DNA from: a virus
Taxonomy: Duplodnaviria > Caudoviricetes
DNA length: 64,000 nt
Reading direction: 5' to 3' (one strand)
Virus record (IMG/VR): IMGVR_UViG_2565956658_000004
Coordinates: 1-64,000 of that record
In this document: piece by piece, positions 19,391 through 29,444 of the stretch
How the letters are laid out: each line of letters starts with the position of its first letter
Numbering within the stretch: the first letter of the stretch is position 1
Notes under the pieces: generated by a model
What the model saw: only the letters and a program-made list of their open reading frames with translations
What the model was told of the DNA's origin: nothing
Database searches by the model: none
Position numbers and translations under genes: made by a program

Positions 19391-20434
19391 ATGGATATTA
19401 CAGAGCAACAACAAGAGTTGATTGAATCAGATAACGTTACACCAGAACTTGCATCGCAACTGTTATGGCAGGCGATGAATGATGGCGATACCACAACACA
19501 AACTGTGGAAACAGGTAGTGAGCCAGACACTACCCAAGCTGGAAATGACAAAAAATCTGAAGAAACAGCAGGCGGTACGCAACAAAACCAAGAGCAACAA
19601 GCACAACAGCAGCAACCAATTGTCGATGAAAGCCAATTGAATGCTGAAAATGCCGTGATTGTTGCCAGAGATGGTAAGCATCACATTCCTTTTGAAAAAT
19701 TAGCAGAAGCACGAAATGCTGAAAAGGAATGGAAGCAAAAGTATGATGAGGCGCATCAACAATTAGCGCAACTTCAAGCTAATGCTCAGGAACGTAAAGA
19801 CAACGGTCAGGCTGCAACGGTACAGGATAACCAAGCGAATATCGCTCAACAAGCGATTGAACAGGGTGTAGACCCTGTAATATTTGGTGATTTTGACGAA
19901 AAAGGTTTAACTGATGGTATTCAGAAACTTGTTGATATGCGTGTAGCTGCAATGGTGCAAAAGCAGTTTGAAACTGTATTAGCTCCAATCCAACAGCAAC
20001 AACAGGTGAGTGCAGAGCAAGCGCATTTTAACGAAATCTTTACAGCACATCCTGATGCTGAATCCATCGTGGAGTCCAAAGAGTTTAATACTTGGTTGGA
20101 TAATCAGCCGAGTATTACCAAGGATGCGTACAGTACAGTTTTAAATAAAGGTTCGGCTTCGCAAGTCGTTGAACTCTTAGGACTGTATAAGTCTGGAACA
20201 CAATCAACTCAAGCTACACAACAGCAAAATGACGCTGTCCGTGTAGCAGCGATGCAAGCTGTCAATAAAGCTCCAACAAACGTTCCGCATAGCGTGACGG
20301 ATTTTCCTGCTGGCAATCCTACAGGACAATCCAATGATGAGCGTCTAGCTAACCTATCTGGTCCTGAATTACTTGCAGAGATGAGTAAATGGACACCAGA
20401 TCAGATCGACGCTTATTACGCACGCAATGCTTAA
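19391..20434 (+). CDS. Capsid scaffolding protein
   Basis: Gln-rich, acidic, coiled coil; directly upstream of capsid gene. Confidence 0.75.
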   Translation: MDITEQQQELIESDNVTPELASQLLWQAMNDGDTTTQTVETGSEPDTTQAGNDKKSEETAGGTQQNQEQQAQQQQPIVDESQLNAENAVIVARDGKHHIPFEKLAEARNAEKEWKQKYDEAHQQLAQLQANAQERKDNGQAATVQDNQANIAQQAIEQGVDPVIFGDFDEKGLTDGIQKLVDMRVAAMVQKQFETVLAPIQQQQQVSAEQAHFNEIFTAHPDAESIVESKEFNTWLDNQPSITKDAYSTVLNKGSASQVVELLGLYKSGTQSTQATQQQNDAVRVAAMQAVNKAPTNVPHSVTDFPAGNPTGQSNDERLANLSGPELLAEMSKWTPDQIDAYYARNA

Positions 20435-20459
20435 TTACATTGTTGTGGAGAAATAAACC

Positions 20460-21749
20460 ATGCCAGGTAAAACAAACGCTCCGTATGGCGACAAAACTAA
20501 TGCAGTGCAGCAGTCCGCAGGTCTTTTTGCCAAAAGCTTACGTCGTAAAAGCCTAATCAATAATATGGTTGGGAAAATGCAAAATGGCGAGTCAAGTGCG
20601 GCAAGCCAAATTAAAAATGAATCATCCAAGCACATGCCGATTCTTCGTGTGACGGACTTGGGCAAACAGAAAGGTGATGAAGTTACCTATAACTTGATTC
20701 AACCTGTGAATGCCTATCCGATCATGGGTAGCGAATATGCCGAGGGCCGTGGTACTGGTATGTCGATTGTGGAAGATCGCTTACGAGTAGATCAGGCACG
20801 TTTTCCAATTGATCTTGGTAATGTGATGACCTCAATTCGTTCACCAGTAGATTTTCGTAATATTGGACGTCCAATCGCTCAGGATTTGATGGATCGTTAT
20901 TGTGATTTATCAGCACTGGTCCATTTGTGTGGCGCACGTGGTTTCCAAAATAGCGCTGAGTGGGCTGTACCACTTCAATCACATCCGAAGTTTAAGCAGA
21001 TTATGGTCAATGATGTGAAAGCACCGACCAAAAACCGTCACTTTATTGTTGCTGGCGATGCTGTTCAACCTTTCAAAGTGAATGCTGGTGAAGCTGATTT
21101 TGCAACAACAGATCTATTCACTATGGACACTGTAGACAGCATGCGCTCAGTAATGGATGACATGGTATTGCCACCGCCATGTATTCAGGTTGAGGGTGAT
21201 GAAGCTGCAACAGATGAGCCTTTACGTCTGTGGATCGTATCACCAGCACAGTACCGTTGGTTTGCTAAACAGCAGAACTTCCGTACTTTAATCAGTAATG
21301 CGGTAGCACGTTCTTCCAACGCTAAGAATCATCCATTATTCCGTGGTGAAGTTGGACTTTGGAATAACTTCTTGATTCGCAAAATGTCTCATGCGATTCG
21401 CTTTAATCCTGGTGATCCGATTCGCTATTCAACTAGTTTTACCAGTGAAGCAGAGGACAATGCTTTAGTACCTGCTTTGGGTGCTGGTTATGCAATAGAT
21501 CGCTCAATCATCTTAGGTGGGCAAGCATTAGCTGAAGCTTTTGCAGCGCATAAACGTACAGGGATTTCATATTTCTGGTCGGAAAAAGAATTAGACCACG
21601 ACGATAAAGCTGAGCTCTTGGTTGGTACGATTCGCGGTATTAAAAAGATTCGCTTCAATGTCGATGTAAATGGCGATGGTAGCGAGTTCCAATACACAGA
21701 TCACGGCATTGTTACGGTTGATACCGTCGTGAAGCTACAGGGTTCTTAA
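20460..21749 (+). CDS. Major capsid protein (N4-gp56/DUF4043-like)
   Basis: 429 aa; DLGKQKGDEV and HPLFRGEVGLWN motifs; strong RBS; followed by terminator. Confidence 0.85.
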   Translation: MPGKTNAPYGDKTNAVQQSAGLFAKSLRRKSLINNMVGKMQNGESSAASQIKNESSKHMPILRVTDLGKQKGDEVTYNLIQPVNAYPIMGSEYAEGRGTGMSIVEDRLRVDQARFPIDLGNVMTSIRSPVDFRNIGRPIAQDLMDRYCDLSALVHLCGARGFQNSAEWAVPLQSHPKFKQIMVNDVKAPTKNRHFIVAGDAVQPFKVNAGEADFATTDLFTMDTVDSMRSVMDDMVLPPPCIQVEGDEAATDEPLRLWIVSPAQYRWFAKQQNFRTLISNAVARSSNAKNHPLFRGEVGLWNNFLIRKMSHAIRFNPGDPIRYSTSFTSEAEDNALVPALGAGYAIDRSIILGGQALAEAFAAHKRTGISYFWSEKELDHDDKAELLVGTIRGIKKIRFNVDVNGDGSEFQYTDHGIVTVDTVVKLQGS

Positions 21750-21754
21750 TGATT

Positions 21755-21790
21755 AGGCTGCATGGTTATTAGACCATGCAGCCTTTTATT
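21755..21790 (+). terminator. Terminator after capsid gene
   Basis: AGGCTGCATGGT-TATTAG-ACCATGCAGCCTTTT. Confidence 0.7.
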
Positions 21791-21812
21791 TGATTTTCGG
21801 AGTATTGCAATC

Positions 21813-22286
21813 ATGGCAACTATTACACGCAAGCGTAATCCGCTTATGTTCGGTGGAGCATCACCGTTTGGGAACTTAACTGCTTTGTCATTCGCTATAG
21901 CGACTAATGCAAGTGGTGCGGTGATTGAATCAAATTCTACTGCAGCCGTCGCATCAGGTGATGTTATTGAGATTGGTTTATTACCATGCGGTATGCGTTT
22001 GGATGATGCTCAGATCATCATTACAACAGGTATGACCGCATCGGTTACAGGTTCACTCGGTTTTAAATATGCGGATGGTGTTGATTCGACAGAAGTGCCA
22101 CAGGACGCAGCTTATTTTATTAGCGCAGGTGCTTTATCCAATACTGCACGTCTACGTGCAAATGGTACAAAGCTAGTCACTTTACCCAAAGATGCCATAT
22201 TAACATTGACGACTGGTGGTGCGGCTAACGCCAAATCCTCAGATATTAAAATTGTTGTGACAGGTGAGCTAACAGGCCCACGTTGA
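21813..22286 (+). CDS. Virion protein, probable capsid decoration/cement
   Basis: Small Ala/Gly/Thr-rich beta protein after capsid; GGAG RBS before ATG 21813. Confidence 0.6.
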   Translation: MATITRKRNPLMFGGASPFGNLTALSFAIATNASGAVIESNSTAAVASGDVIEIGLLPCGMRLDDAQIIITTGMTASVTGSLGFKYADGVDSTEVPQDAAYFISAGALSNTARLRANGTKLVTLPKDAILTLTTGGAANAKSSDIKIVVTGELTGPR

Positions 22287-22358
22287 ACAGACTAAGTGAG
22301 CATTTATCGGGGGTAGATGATTTTATTCTAATTATCTATCCCTTAATTTATTAGGAGA

Positions 22359-23210
22359 ATGGAAATGAAATTAGGTCTAATCGCAGCAATTGCTTACAGT
22401 ATCAATGTGGCTTATTGCGCATCAATGGGTGATGAACAACTGTCTTGGAATGATGCACCTGAAGGGATTAAAAAGGGTATTGAGGCAGGTGTAGAGTTCC
22501 ATTTAAACAATCCTGATACCACACCAGAACAATCCCATGAAGAATGGTTAAAGGACAAAGAACAAAATGGCTGGGTGTACGGTGAAACTAAAGACTTAGC
22601 TAATAAAACCCACCCTAATATTTTACCGTATGACCAATTACCACCAGAACAGCGTGCTAAAGATCATTTGTTCAAAGCTGTAATTAACTCGATTAAAGAC
22701 TTACCTGATCCAGATGAATACTTAGAATTAAGCGCTCAATTGGTTAAGTTACAAAAACAGATTTTAGATAATCAGAAATCTACAACCGTACTTACACAGA
22801 AACAGGCAGTTGGAGTTGGTGTTCGATACATCCACAAAACCCGTGAACGTTTTCAAGATCATTTGTATGGCACAGGTCTTACTTTTGAGCGCGGTGTAAC
22901 AGTTGTTCTTCCAGAAACAATTGCATTGAAATTTTTGGGCCATACAGAGTTTGAGCGTGTAGATGCTAATACTGAGGTTGCATTTGTGCAAGATCAGATT
23001 ATTGAAGATTTAGCTAAAAAGCAGAAAGAAGAACGTCAGCAAGAAGATAAAATCTTTGATGAAATTGAAGCTATCAAAGGTATGCGAACCAAGGATTCAG
23101 TAAAAGAATACATTAAGGCTCGATATAACCAAGATATTCAGGAAAATTTAAAACTTGCTGAATTACAGGCAATCGCAATTGAAAAAGTGCATAGTTTTGG
23201 GGTTATCTAA
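22359..23210 (+). CDS. Phage protein with RyR-repeat-like domain
   Basis: HEEWLKDKEQNGWVYGETKD...THPNILPYDQLP. Confidence 0.7.
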   Translation: MEMKLGLIAAIAYSINVAYCASMGDEQLSWNDAPEGIKKGIEAGVEFHLNNPDTTPEQSHEEWLKDKEQNGWVYGETKDLANKTHPNILPYDQLPPEQRAKDHLFKAVINSIKDLPDPDEYLELSAQLVKLQKQILDNQKSTTVLTQKQAVGVGVRYIHKTRERFQDHLYGTGLTFERGVTVVLPETIALKFLGHTEFERVDANTEVAFVQDQIIEDLAKKQKEERQQEDKIFDEIEAIKGMRTKDSVKEYIKARYNQDIQENLKLAELQAIAIEKVHSFGVI

Positions 23211-23884
23211 TGTTACTCAGTGAATTACTACGTCGTTTTCGTGTAGATGCTAATGACAAGGTCGAGCCTTATTTTAATGAGGATATTGATGTCATTGCTT
23301 GGCTGAATGATGCAGTCAATGAAGCCTGTACACGTGGACGCTTATTACACGAAAGTCAGAATCCTGATGTATGTCAGATTCCTATAACGACAAGTAATTC
23401 ACAATACCCATTGCATCCTTCAATTTATGAATTAACTTTAGTTTGGTTTGAACCAGATAACGGCTTCCGTGGCTCTAATTTAGCCTTAGTATCGCCAGAG
23501 TATCTCGATCAACGATACAGATCAGAAAATTGGAGGCGTTTAAAGGGAATGCCACAGTTTGCTATTCAGGATGATACAACGATCCGACTTGTTCCTGCGC
23601 CTGATCTCACAGGTGAGTTGCAGCTTGAAGGTTATAGAGTACCCATTGTTCATATGGAGAATGATAACGACATGCCAGAGATCAACCAAATACACCATGT
23701 CCATTTAATTCAATGGGCCTTATACAAAGCATTCAGTGTGCCTGATTCAGAGTTTTTTGATCCAAACCGTGCAGCAATCGCTGAACAAGTCTTTACGGAT
23801 TATTTTGGGTTACGCCCAGACAGTGATTTACGTCGTATGGCACGTGAAGATACCCCACAAATTGTGCAACCATTTTTCCCTTAA
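23210..23884 (+). CDS. Head-tail adaptor protein
   Basis: WLNDAVNEA and LIQWALYKAF motifs; position. Confidence 0.7.
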   Translation: MLLSELLRRFRVDANDKVEPYFNEDIDVIAWLNDAVNEACTRGRLLHESQNPDVCQIPITTSNSQYPLHPSIYELTLVWFEPDNGFRGSNLALVSPEYLDQRYRSENWRRLKGMPQFAIQDDTTIRLVPAPDLTGELQLEGYRVPIVHMENDNDMPEINQIHHVHLIQWALYKAFSVPDSEFFDPNRAAIAEQVFTDYFGLRPDSDLRRMAREDTPQIVQPFFP

Positions 23885-23890
23885 TTACAG

Positions 23891-23935
23891 CCCCCTGTAA
23901 GGCTAAGACATTTCGTTAGGCAATGATTCAATACC
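23891..23935 (+). promoter_or_regulatory. Late-promoter motif copy 3
   Basis: CCCCCTGTAAGGCTAAGA. Confidence 0.65.
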
Positions 23936-23965
23936 TTTAACCACAAGGTATTGAGTATTTTTATC

Positions 23966-24373
23966 ATGGCTAACACGCTCTACGATTACTGCCGACAACG
24001 TTTTTTAGAATCCAATATCAACTGGATGACTGACACTGTTAAAGTGATCTTGGTTGATTTTGGTGGTTACACTCCACAAACTTCTACACACCAATATCTA
24101 TCAGATATTTCATCATCAGCGCGTATTTCTACTCCAGTTACATTGACCTCTAAAGCCACTACTGGTGGTGCTGCCGATGCTTCTGATTGTACTTTTTCTG
24201 CTGTGTCTGGTGCATCTATTGAAGCCATTGTGATCTACAAAGATACGGGTACTGAAAGTACCAGTCCACTGATTGCCATTATTGATACTGCAACAGGTCT
24301 ACCGATCACGCCTAACGGGGGCGACATTATCGTGACTTGGGACAACGGCACGAACAAAATCTTCAAGGTTTAA
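23966..24373 (+). CDS. Virion structural protein
   Basis: GLPITPNGGDIIVTW motif typical of tail-associated proteins. Confidence 0.7.
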   Translation: MANTLYDYCRQRFLESNINWMTDTVKVILVDFGGYTPQTSTHQYLSDISSSARISTPVTLTSKATTGGAADASDCTFSAVSGASIEAIVIYKDTGTESTSPLIAIIDTATGLPITPNGGDIIVTWDNGTNKIFKV

Positions 24374-24383
24374 TGGGTGGATT

Positions 24384-24809
24384 ATGTTCAACTTATTTAA
24401 AAAGTCGTTGGGTGTGTGTGAAAAATGCAAGGAACTTGAACAAGAAAACCTTGCATTACAGCAACGTGTTAAGCAGCTTGAGGGGAAACAGGTTGCTTTA
24501 ATTATTGAGCGTGATTTTTGGGTAGAGCAGGGTCGTAATCTACAGAACAATTTGCAGACATGGCAGCGTTTGTATTCAGATATGTATGACCAGTTAGGCA
24601 AAGGCGTGGTCACAGATCAGGATATTGCTGACAATCTTGCACTTGCATCAGCACAATTAAAGCAACCTCTTACCACCGTTGAAGCAGTACGGTCATTGAC
24701 TGCATGTATGGATGCAGCAACACAAGGTAAATACACATCAGTATTTGATAATGCAGTTGAGAAAATTGTCTTGAATGATCAATCTCGATTGGAGAATAAA
24801 GATGAGTGA
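24384..24809 (+). CDS. Hypothetical coiled-coil protein
   Basis: ORF in late operon. Confidence 0.6.
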   Translation: MFNLFKKSLGVCEKCKELEQENLALQQRVKQLEGKQVALIIERDFWVEQGRNLQNNLQTWQRLYSDMYDQLGKGVVTDQDIADNLALASAQLKQPLTTVEAVRSLTACMDAATQGKYTSVFDNAVEKIVLNDQSRLENKDE

Positions 24810-25107
24810 AAAACCAAAGCCAGCACCGATTACCATCGGTGCTGGAGGTTTTGAATCTGAGCGATTAGGTAATAATCAGCCCAACATGCAATGTCGTTGG
24901 GATATTTTGATTCATTTACCTAAGTTTCAGATGTTTGCAGTAGAAAAATCAAGGCAGTCGCATGGCAATGTAATGGAATGGATTATTGGTTTTGTTCAGG
25001 ACCAGTATTACCAAGATGCCAAGGCATTTTTTGAGTCTTATGAACAATGGCACAACGAAAAAGGCTATTGGGCAAATGAAGATGTGTTTGGTCAACCCAT
25101 AGAGTGA
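24802..25107 (+). CDS. Hypothetical phage protein
   Basis: GGAG RBS before MSEKP. Confidence 0.6.
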   Translation: MSEKPKPAPITIGAGGFESERLGNNQPNMQCRWDILIHLPKFQMFAVEKSRQSHGNVMEWIIGFVQDQYYQDAKAFFESYEQWHNEKGYWANEDVFGQPIE

Positions 25108-25113
25108 TTTGTT

Positions 25114-25878
25114 ATGGCTGGGATCAGAATTGAATTTGCTGAGTTTGGTGATTTTGACTATTTTGAGGTCATACGTTCACTTACACCTATGACAGATTTG
25201 AATAATTTGCCATCGCCTATTGTTACTAACCTTTTAACAATGTTCTATGTCGATACCAATATTGTTGAGGGAGGAACTTATTATTATCGAGTTGTTGCTT
25301 GGCTTGACGGTAATAAAGCGGTAAGTGATGAAGTTAAGGTTACAGCAGTTCAATATGATCCATCATTTAATATTAAGATTGTTGGCGATCAGATAATTGA
25401 TATTAAGGGTGCAGTTACACTAAGTGGTGGGAATGCAACAATTACAGATGACTATTTTATTGGAAGTAAACAATCACCACCTAATGGAATGTGGGAATGG
25501 TATCGTAATATTGGCGTTTTACAATTTTTAGTTAAAGGTAGTGGAAATGTTGCTAAAGAGTGGGCCAGTAATGTTCGATACAAAATTGAAATATCTGGAA
25601 GCACATGCTTCTTAAATTTTTATACAAGCTCACCTTTTAATAATAATCAGATCTACTTTGATGTAGGGAATATCAATACTGAATTTAAAAAAATATCGAT
25701 CATAAGATTGAGTAATGGTTCATTTAGGGCATTTGTTGATGATGTGGAAACTTCAATTATCAATAACTCTAATTATAATTTCTCAGGTTGGGGATCATCT
25801 GAGACGAATTATATTGGTGATAACAGTTTGTCTTTTAAGTATTTAAGATGGTACTACAACATTAATGCAGTTCCTTAA
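25114..25878 (+). CDS. Tail-associated protein: FN3-like N-terminus plus variable beta-sandwich (candidate receptor-binding)
   Basis: YVDTNIVEGGTYYYRVVA; AT-rich C-terminal half. Confidence 0.6.
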   Translation: MAGIRIEFAEFGDFDYFEVIRSLTPMTDLNNLPSPIVTNLLTMFYVDTNIVEGGTYYYRVVAWLDGNKAVSDEVKVTAVQYDPSFNIKIVGDQIIDIKGAVTLSGGNATITDDYFIGSKQSPPNGMWEWYRNIGVLQFLVKGSGNVAKEWASNVRYKIEISGSTCFLNFYTSSPFNNNQIYFDVGNINTEFKKISIIRLSNGSFRAFVDDVETSIINNSNYNFSGWGSSETNYIGDNSLSFKYLRWYYNINAVP

Positions 25879-25901
25879 ATTTTAATGTTGAGGATGATGT
25901 A

Positions 25902-28900
25902 ATGCCAAACCCATCAAAACCGTTTTCAGTTACTGCAACTTATTTAAATAATCCTGAACCTTCACCACTTACTAAGCCGTTCTATATTGTCCCTACATTT
26001 GATCCAAATATTGGTGGCGAAGAACAGGTAATAAACTCTGCTGGTTTTGAATCATTTGTATCGGGCAGTCATAGACTTGTATTTAATCAAGCTATCAAAA
26101 CATCTGGTTTTGAAAGCTCTGGCTATGCCAGTCCTACAGTTGTTAATAAAAATAAAGAGATTAAAACAACAGGATTCAATAGTTTATCGTTTTCACAGCC
26201 TATAATATTTAACTCAAGGCAGTACATAGATAACAATAACAGGGGCTTCCTGTCTCAAGCATTTGGTACGCCATTTCTTATGGGTGGTGTTAAATATGTC
26301 ATGCCCAGTGGTATTACATCTCAGCAAATTGGAACGCCCAATGTAATCAATACAAGGGCGGATCAGTATATTCAAGGGCAGGGAATTGCCCCACTAAGTA
26401 TTCCAAGCCCCACAGTTTCACCACGGTTTTTAGCGCCTACAGGCATCAAGTCTGATAATTTTGGTCAGCCATTCATACAGCGGAGTCCAAGCCCAATTGG
26501 GTTTGAAACTTCATTTTATGGAGTGGCATGGGTATCACACAGTCCACGTCATTTATTACCTGGCATGGTTGATGGGTTTAATGCTGGATATCCGACAATA
26601 TATGACCCGACTCAACGGGTTTTACTTGACGGAAAGGGCATAGAGGGTGGGATTTTTGGTGATACAGCATTAAGAAACACTAGAAGAATCTTAACTGTTA
26701 ATGGTATTGATGCAGCACAGTTTAGTGACTGGGCGACTGTAGAAAGCAATTTAAGGATTATCACGACCAAAGGGTTTGATTCCCAATCCACTGGTACAAG
26801 TACAATACATAATAAAACACCATCCATTGCACCCACAGGCTTTGACTCGCTGAGTGGGTTAAGTGTTGATATTGGATATCGTAATCGGGAATTAAAACCT
26901 ACTGGTTTTTATCAACTGAAATTCGGATTACCTAAACTAGAAAAACCACCTGAACTGCGTCCATCAGGTTTCAATGCCAATAGTTTCGGTAATACATTTA
27001 TCTCCAATTTCACCAGAACAATTACCAGCAAAAGTATAGATTCTCAAATATTTGGTGAACATGATACATGGTACCGCTATCGAACACTTTCACACACTGG
27101 AATTAATGCGTCGGCATTTGGTTTGCAACGTGTTGAACATGGTAGACGTAATATATTGGCTCTTGGTGTAGACCATTCTGCATTTAGTTCTGGTGCATGG
27201 TTTTCCTATGGGATACGGGAATTACAGGCTTTTTCAATTGAAGCGCCATTGATACCACGGCATCAGATCGTTGGTGCTCGGAAAATTATGCCTTTTGGAT
27301 TTGTGGCCACATCATTTGGCGAACGAATTATCCCAGAGTCACAAACAATATATTCTCAAGGCTTCAGTAATACATTTGGTTTATCTAGTATTGATCTTGG
27401 CACAAAATATATTGAGCCAAAAGTTTTCTTTACTTATGACTCTGACCAATCTCAACGCTTCGGTGCGGCAAAATTCTGGAATCTAAGACAGAATGTCATC
27501 CAGACATTTGATGCAAATAGTGGACTGGCACCGCCTAGGTTTAATGGCTGGACTAGCATTGAAAATCGAAACAAGACAATTGGGGTTATTGGTACTGATC
27601 AAAGCCGGTTGGGTAATGGATTCATTGAAAATAATGCTCGCCTGATACAGCCGACAGGGATTAATGCGCTTAATTTTGACAGACCACTGATTGCCGATCG
27701 GGTACGATCATTAAAGCTGGATGGGATAGAACCACTCTATATATCGGGTTGGACAGTTGTCTACAATGATGCTCGTGTGATTTCCCCAAGTGGATTTAAT
27801 AGCCAGACCATAGGGAGTAGCTCAGTTGAGAATACCCGTCGTTATTATCCACGTGTAGGTAACTTTGAAAGCCTTGAGATGGGCTTGCCAATGATCAGTG
27901 ATCGTATCCGTACACTCTCAATTGAATCCAGACATAGTATTGAGCCACCAGTAGTACCATTGCCTAAGATTGACCTATATACACGCTATATAGATGAGGT
28001 TGGACGTAATGATGACTATATGGCATTTGGTAATCCATCATTAACTATCCATTGGAATATCATTTCTCCACGCTGGACACTACGAGATGCGTATGGGTTT
28101 CCAACAGTTAGTAACCTAACACCTGAAATACCTGTGTTCGGGCATAACAGTGAAGAATTCGGCAATCCGTTTGTTCGAACGCAATGGAGATCATTACAAC
28201 AGATTGGTACAAATAATCAGTTATTTGGGCAGTCTGAAATAGCCTATCGGAATAAAACGATAGGCGTGAATAGCTTTAATCAGTCAAAGTTTGGAAATCC
28301 CAAAGTCACTAAGACAGGTGTACCACCATACTATCCTCAACATATTTGGCTCAATGCTGTTGATTTAGATGGAGCGCAAATGGAAGGACATGGAATATCT
28401 GAGCCTAAAGATCAAGTATCACTTCCATTTATTCGGTCAAATGTCATATCACCTAATGGATTTAATGCAAGTAGCATTGGTCAAGCAAGAGCTCAGTCAA
28501 ATGGGATTATAGTAGAACCCGGTATTCAAGAATTAACTGTTGGTAGCCATAGTGTCGGATTAAAAAATCGTGTTCTCAAGATACCATCTATTGATGATTC
28601 GATGGTTGTTTCCAAGCCAAGGTTATCTCCACATACAATTTATGCTGTAATGGATTCCCCAACACAGGCTCGACAGAATCATGAACCTGCAAATCTCCAT
28701 TATGTAAATAGTGATAGTGGTGCAAGGCCACCGGGTGAAGTTTTTGGATTTCCTTCTATTTCTTTACAGCACAGACAGGTACATGCCTATATCGGTGATG
28801 TAAGTAAAATTGAATCAGGGCATCAAATTTCTCTAAAAAAGCGGACTATTATTGTTGATAAGGGTATTTCTAGTTTAAAAATAGGAATACATATCTTTGG

Positions 28901-29444
28901 ACCTTTCATTCAAAATCTTGAGCAATATGAATCAGTGAATGAATCAACCGTAGGGAATTTAACAATAAAATTAAAGGGAAATGGATTACAAATATTAGAA
29001 CCAAAAGGTTTTGATAGTTTAGACGTACAAAATACTACTGTTGAACATAAGAACCGAATAGTTGAATTAAGTGGTTTTGAAAATCTTGAAATGGGGCAAT
29101 CTAAGTATAACGACACACCTTTCCTTTGGCAGGGATTACGTATCGGAGAATTAATTAAAGGAGCTTATGGTGGATTTGAAAGCATGTCTTTTGGGCAATG
29201 TTGGATATCACTCAAAGTACGTGATTTAAGAGTCGAGGGTTTTGACTCATTTGCCTGTGAATATGATTATACCGCTTTCGATAAGCGAATGAGGGTGTGG
29301 AAAACAACGTTGCCAAAACCAAGTCAGAGTATCCAGCCTGTAGGCTTTGACGCATTCAGCCAAGGCGTTCCTAATATTAAACCAGCAGTGCATTACATCC
29401 GTCCTGATGGTAATGCAGATCAGTTTAGGAAAGGTGGATTTTAA
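25902..29444 (+). CDS. Large repetitive virion/tail fibre-like protein
   Basis: 1180 aa with recurring PxGF...FGxP units. Confidence 0.65.
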   Translation: MPNPSKPFSVTATYLNNPEPSPLTKPFYIVPTFDPNIGGEEQVINSAGFESFVSGSHRLVFNQAIKTSGFESSGYASPTVVNKNKEIKTTGFNSLSFSQPIIFNSRQYIDNNNRGFLSQAFGTPFLMGGVKYVMPSGITSQQIGTPNVINTRADQYIQGQGIAPLSIPSPTVSPRFLAPTGIKSDNFGQPFIQRSPSPIGFETSFYGVAWVSHSPRHLLPGMVDGFNAGYPTIYDPTQRVLLDGKGIEGGIFGDTALRNTRRILTVNGIDAAQFSDWATVESNLRIITTKGFDSQSTGTSTIHNKTPSIAPTGFDSLSGLSVDIGYRNRELKPTGFYQLKFGLPKLEKPPELRPSGFNANSFGNTFISNFTRTITSKSIDSQIFGEHDTWYRYRTLSHTGINASAFGLQRVEHGRRNILALGVDHSAFSSGAWFSYGIRELQAFSIEAPLIPRHQIVGARKIMPFGFVATSFGERIIPESQTIYSQGFSNTFGLSSIDLGTKYIEPKVFFTYDSDQSQRFGAAKFWNLRQNVIQTFDANSGLAPPRFNGWTSIENRNKTIGVIGTDQSRLGNGFIENNARLIQPTGINALNFDRPLIADRVRSLKLDGIEPLYISGWTVVYNDARVISPSGFNSQTIGSSSVENTRRYYPRVGNFESLEMGLPMISDRIRTLSIESRHSIEPPVVPLPKIDLYTRYIDEVGRNDDYMAFGNPSLTIHWNIISPRWTLRDAYGFPTVSNLTPEIPVFGHNSEEFGNPFVRTQWRSLQQIGTNNQLFGQSEIAYRNKTIGVNSFNQSKFGNPKVTKTGVPPYYPQHIWLNAVDLDGAQMEGHGISEPKDQVSLPFIRSNVISPNGFNASSIGQARAQSNGIIVEPGIQELTVGSHSVGLKNRVLKIPSIDDSMVVSKPRLSPHTIYAVMDSPTQARQNHEPANLHYVNSDSGARPPGEVFGFPSISLQHRQVHAYIGDVSKIESGHQISLKKRTIIVDKGISSLKIGIHIFGPFIQNLEQYESVNESTVGNLTIKLKGNGLQILEPKGFDSLDVQNTTVEHKNRIVELSGFENLEMGQSKYNDTPFLWQGLRIGELIKGAYGGFESMSFGQCWISLKVRDLRVEGFDSFACEYDYTAFDKRMRVWKTTLPKPSQSIQPVGFDAFSQGVPNIKPAVHYIRPDGNADQFRKGGF

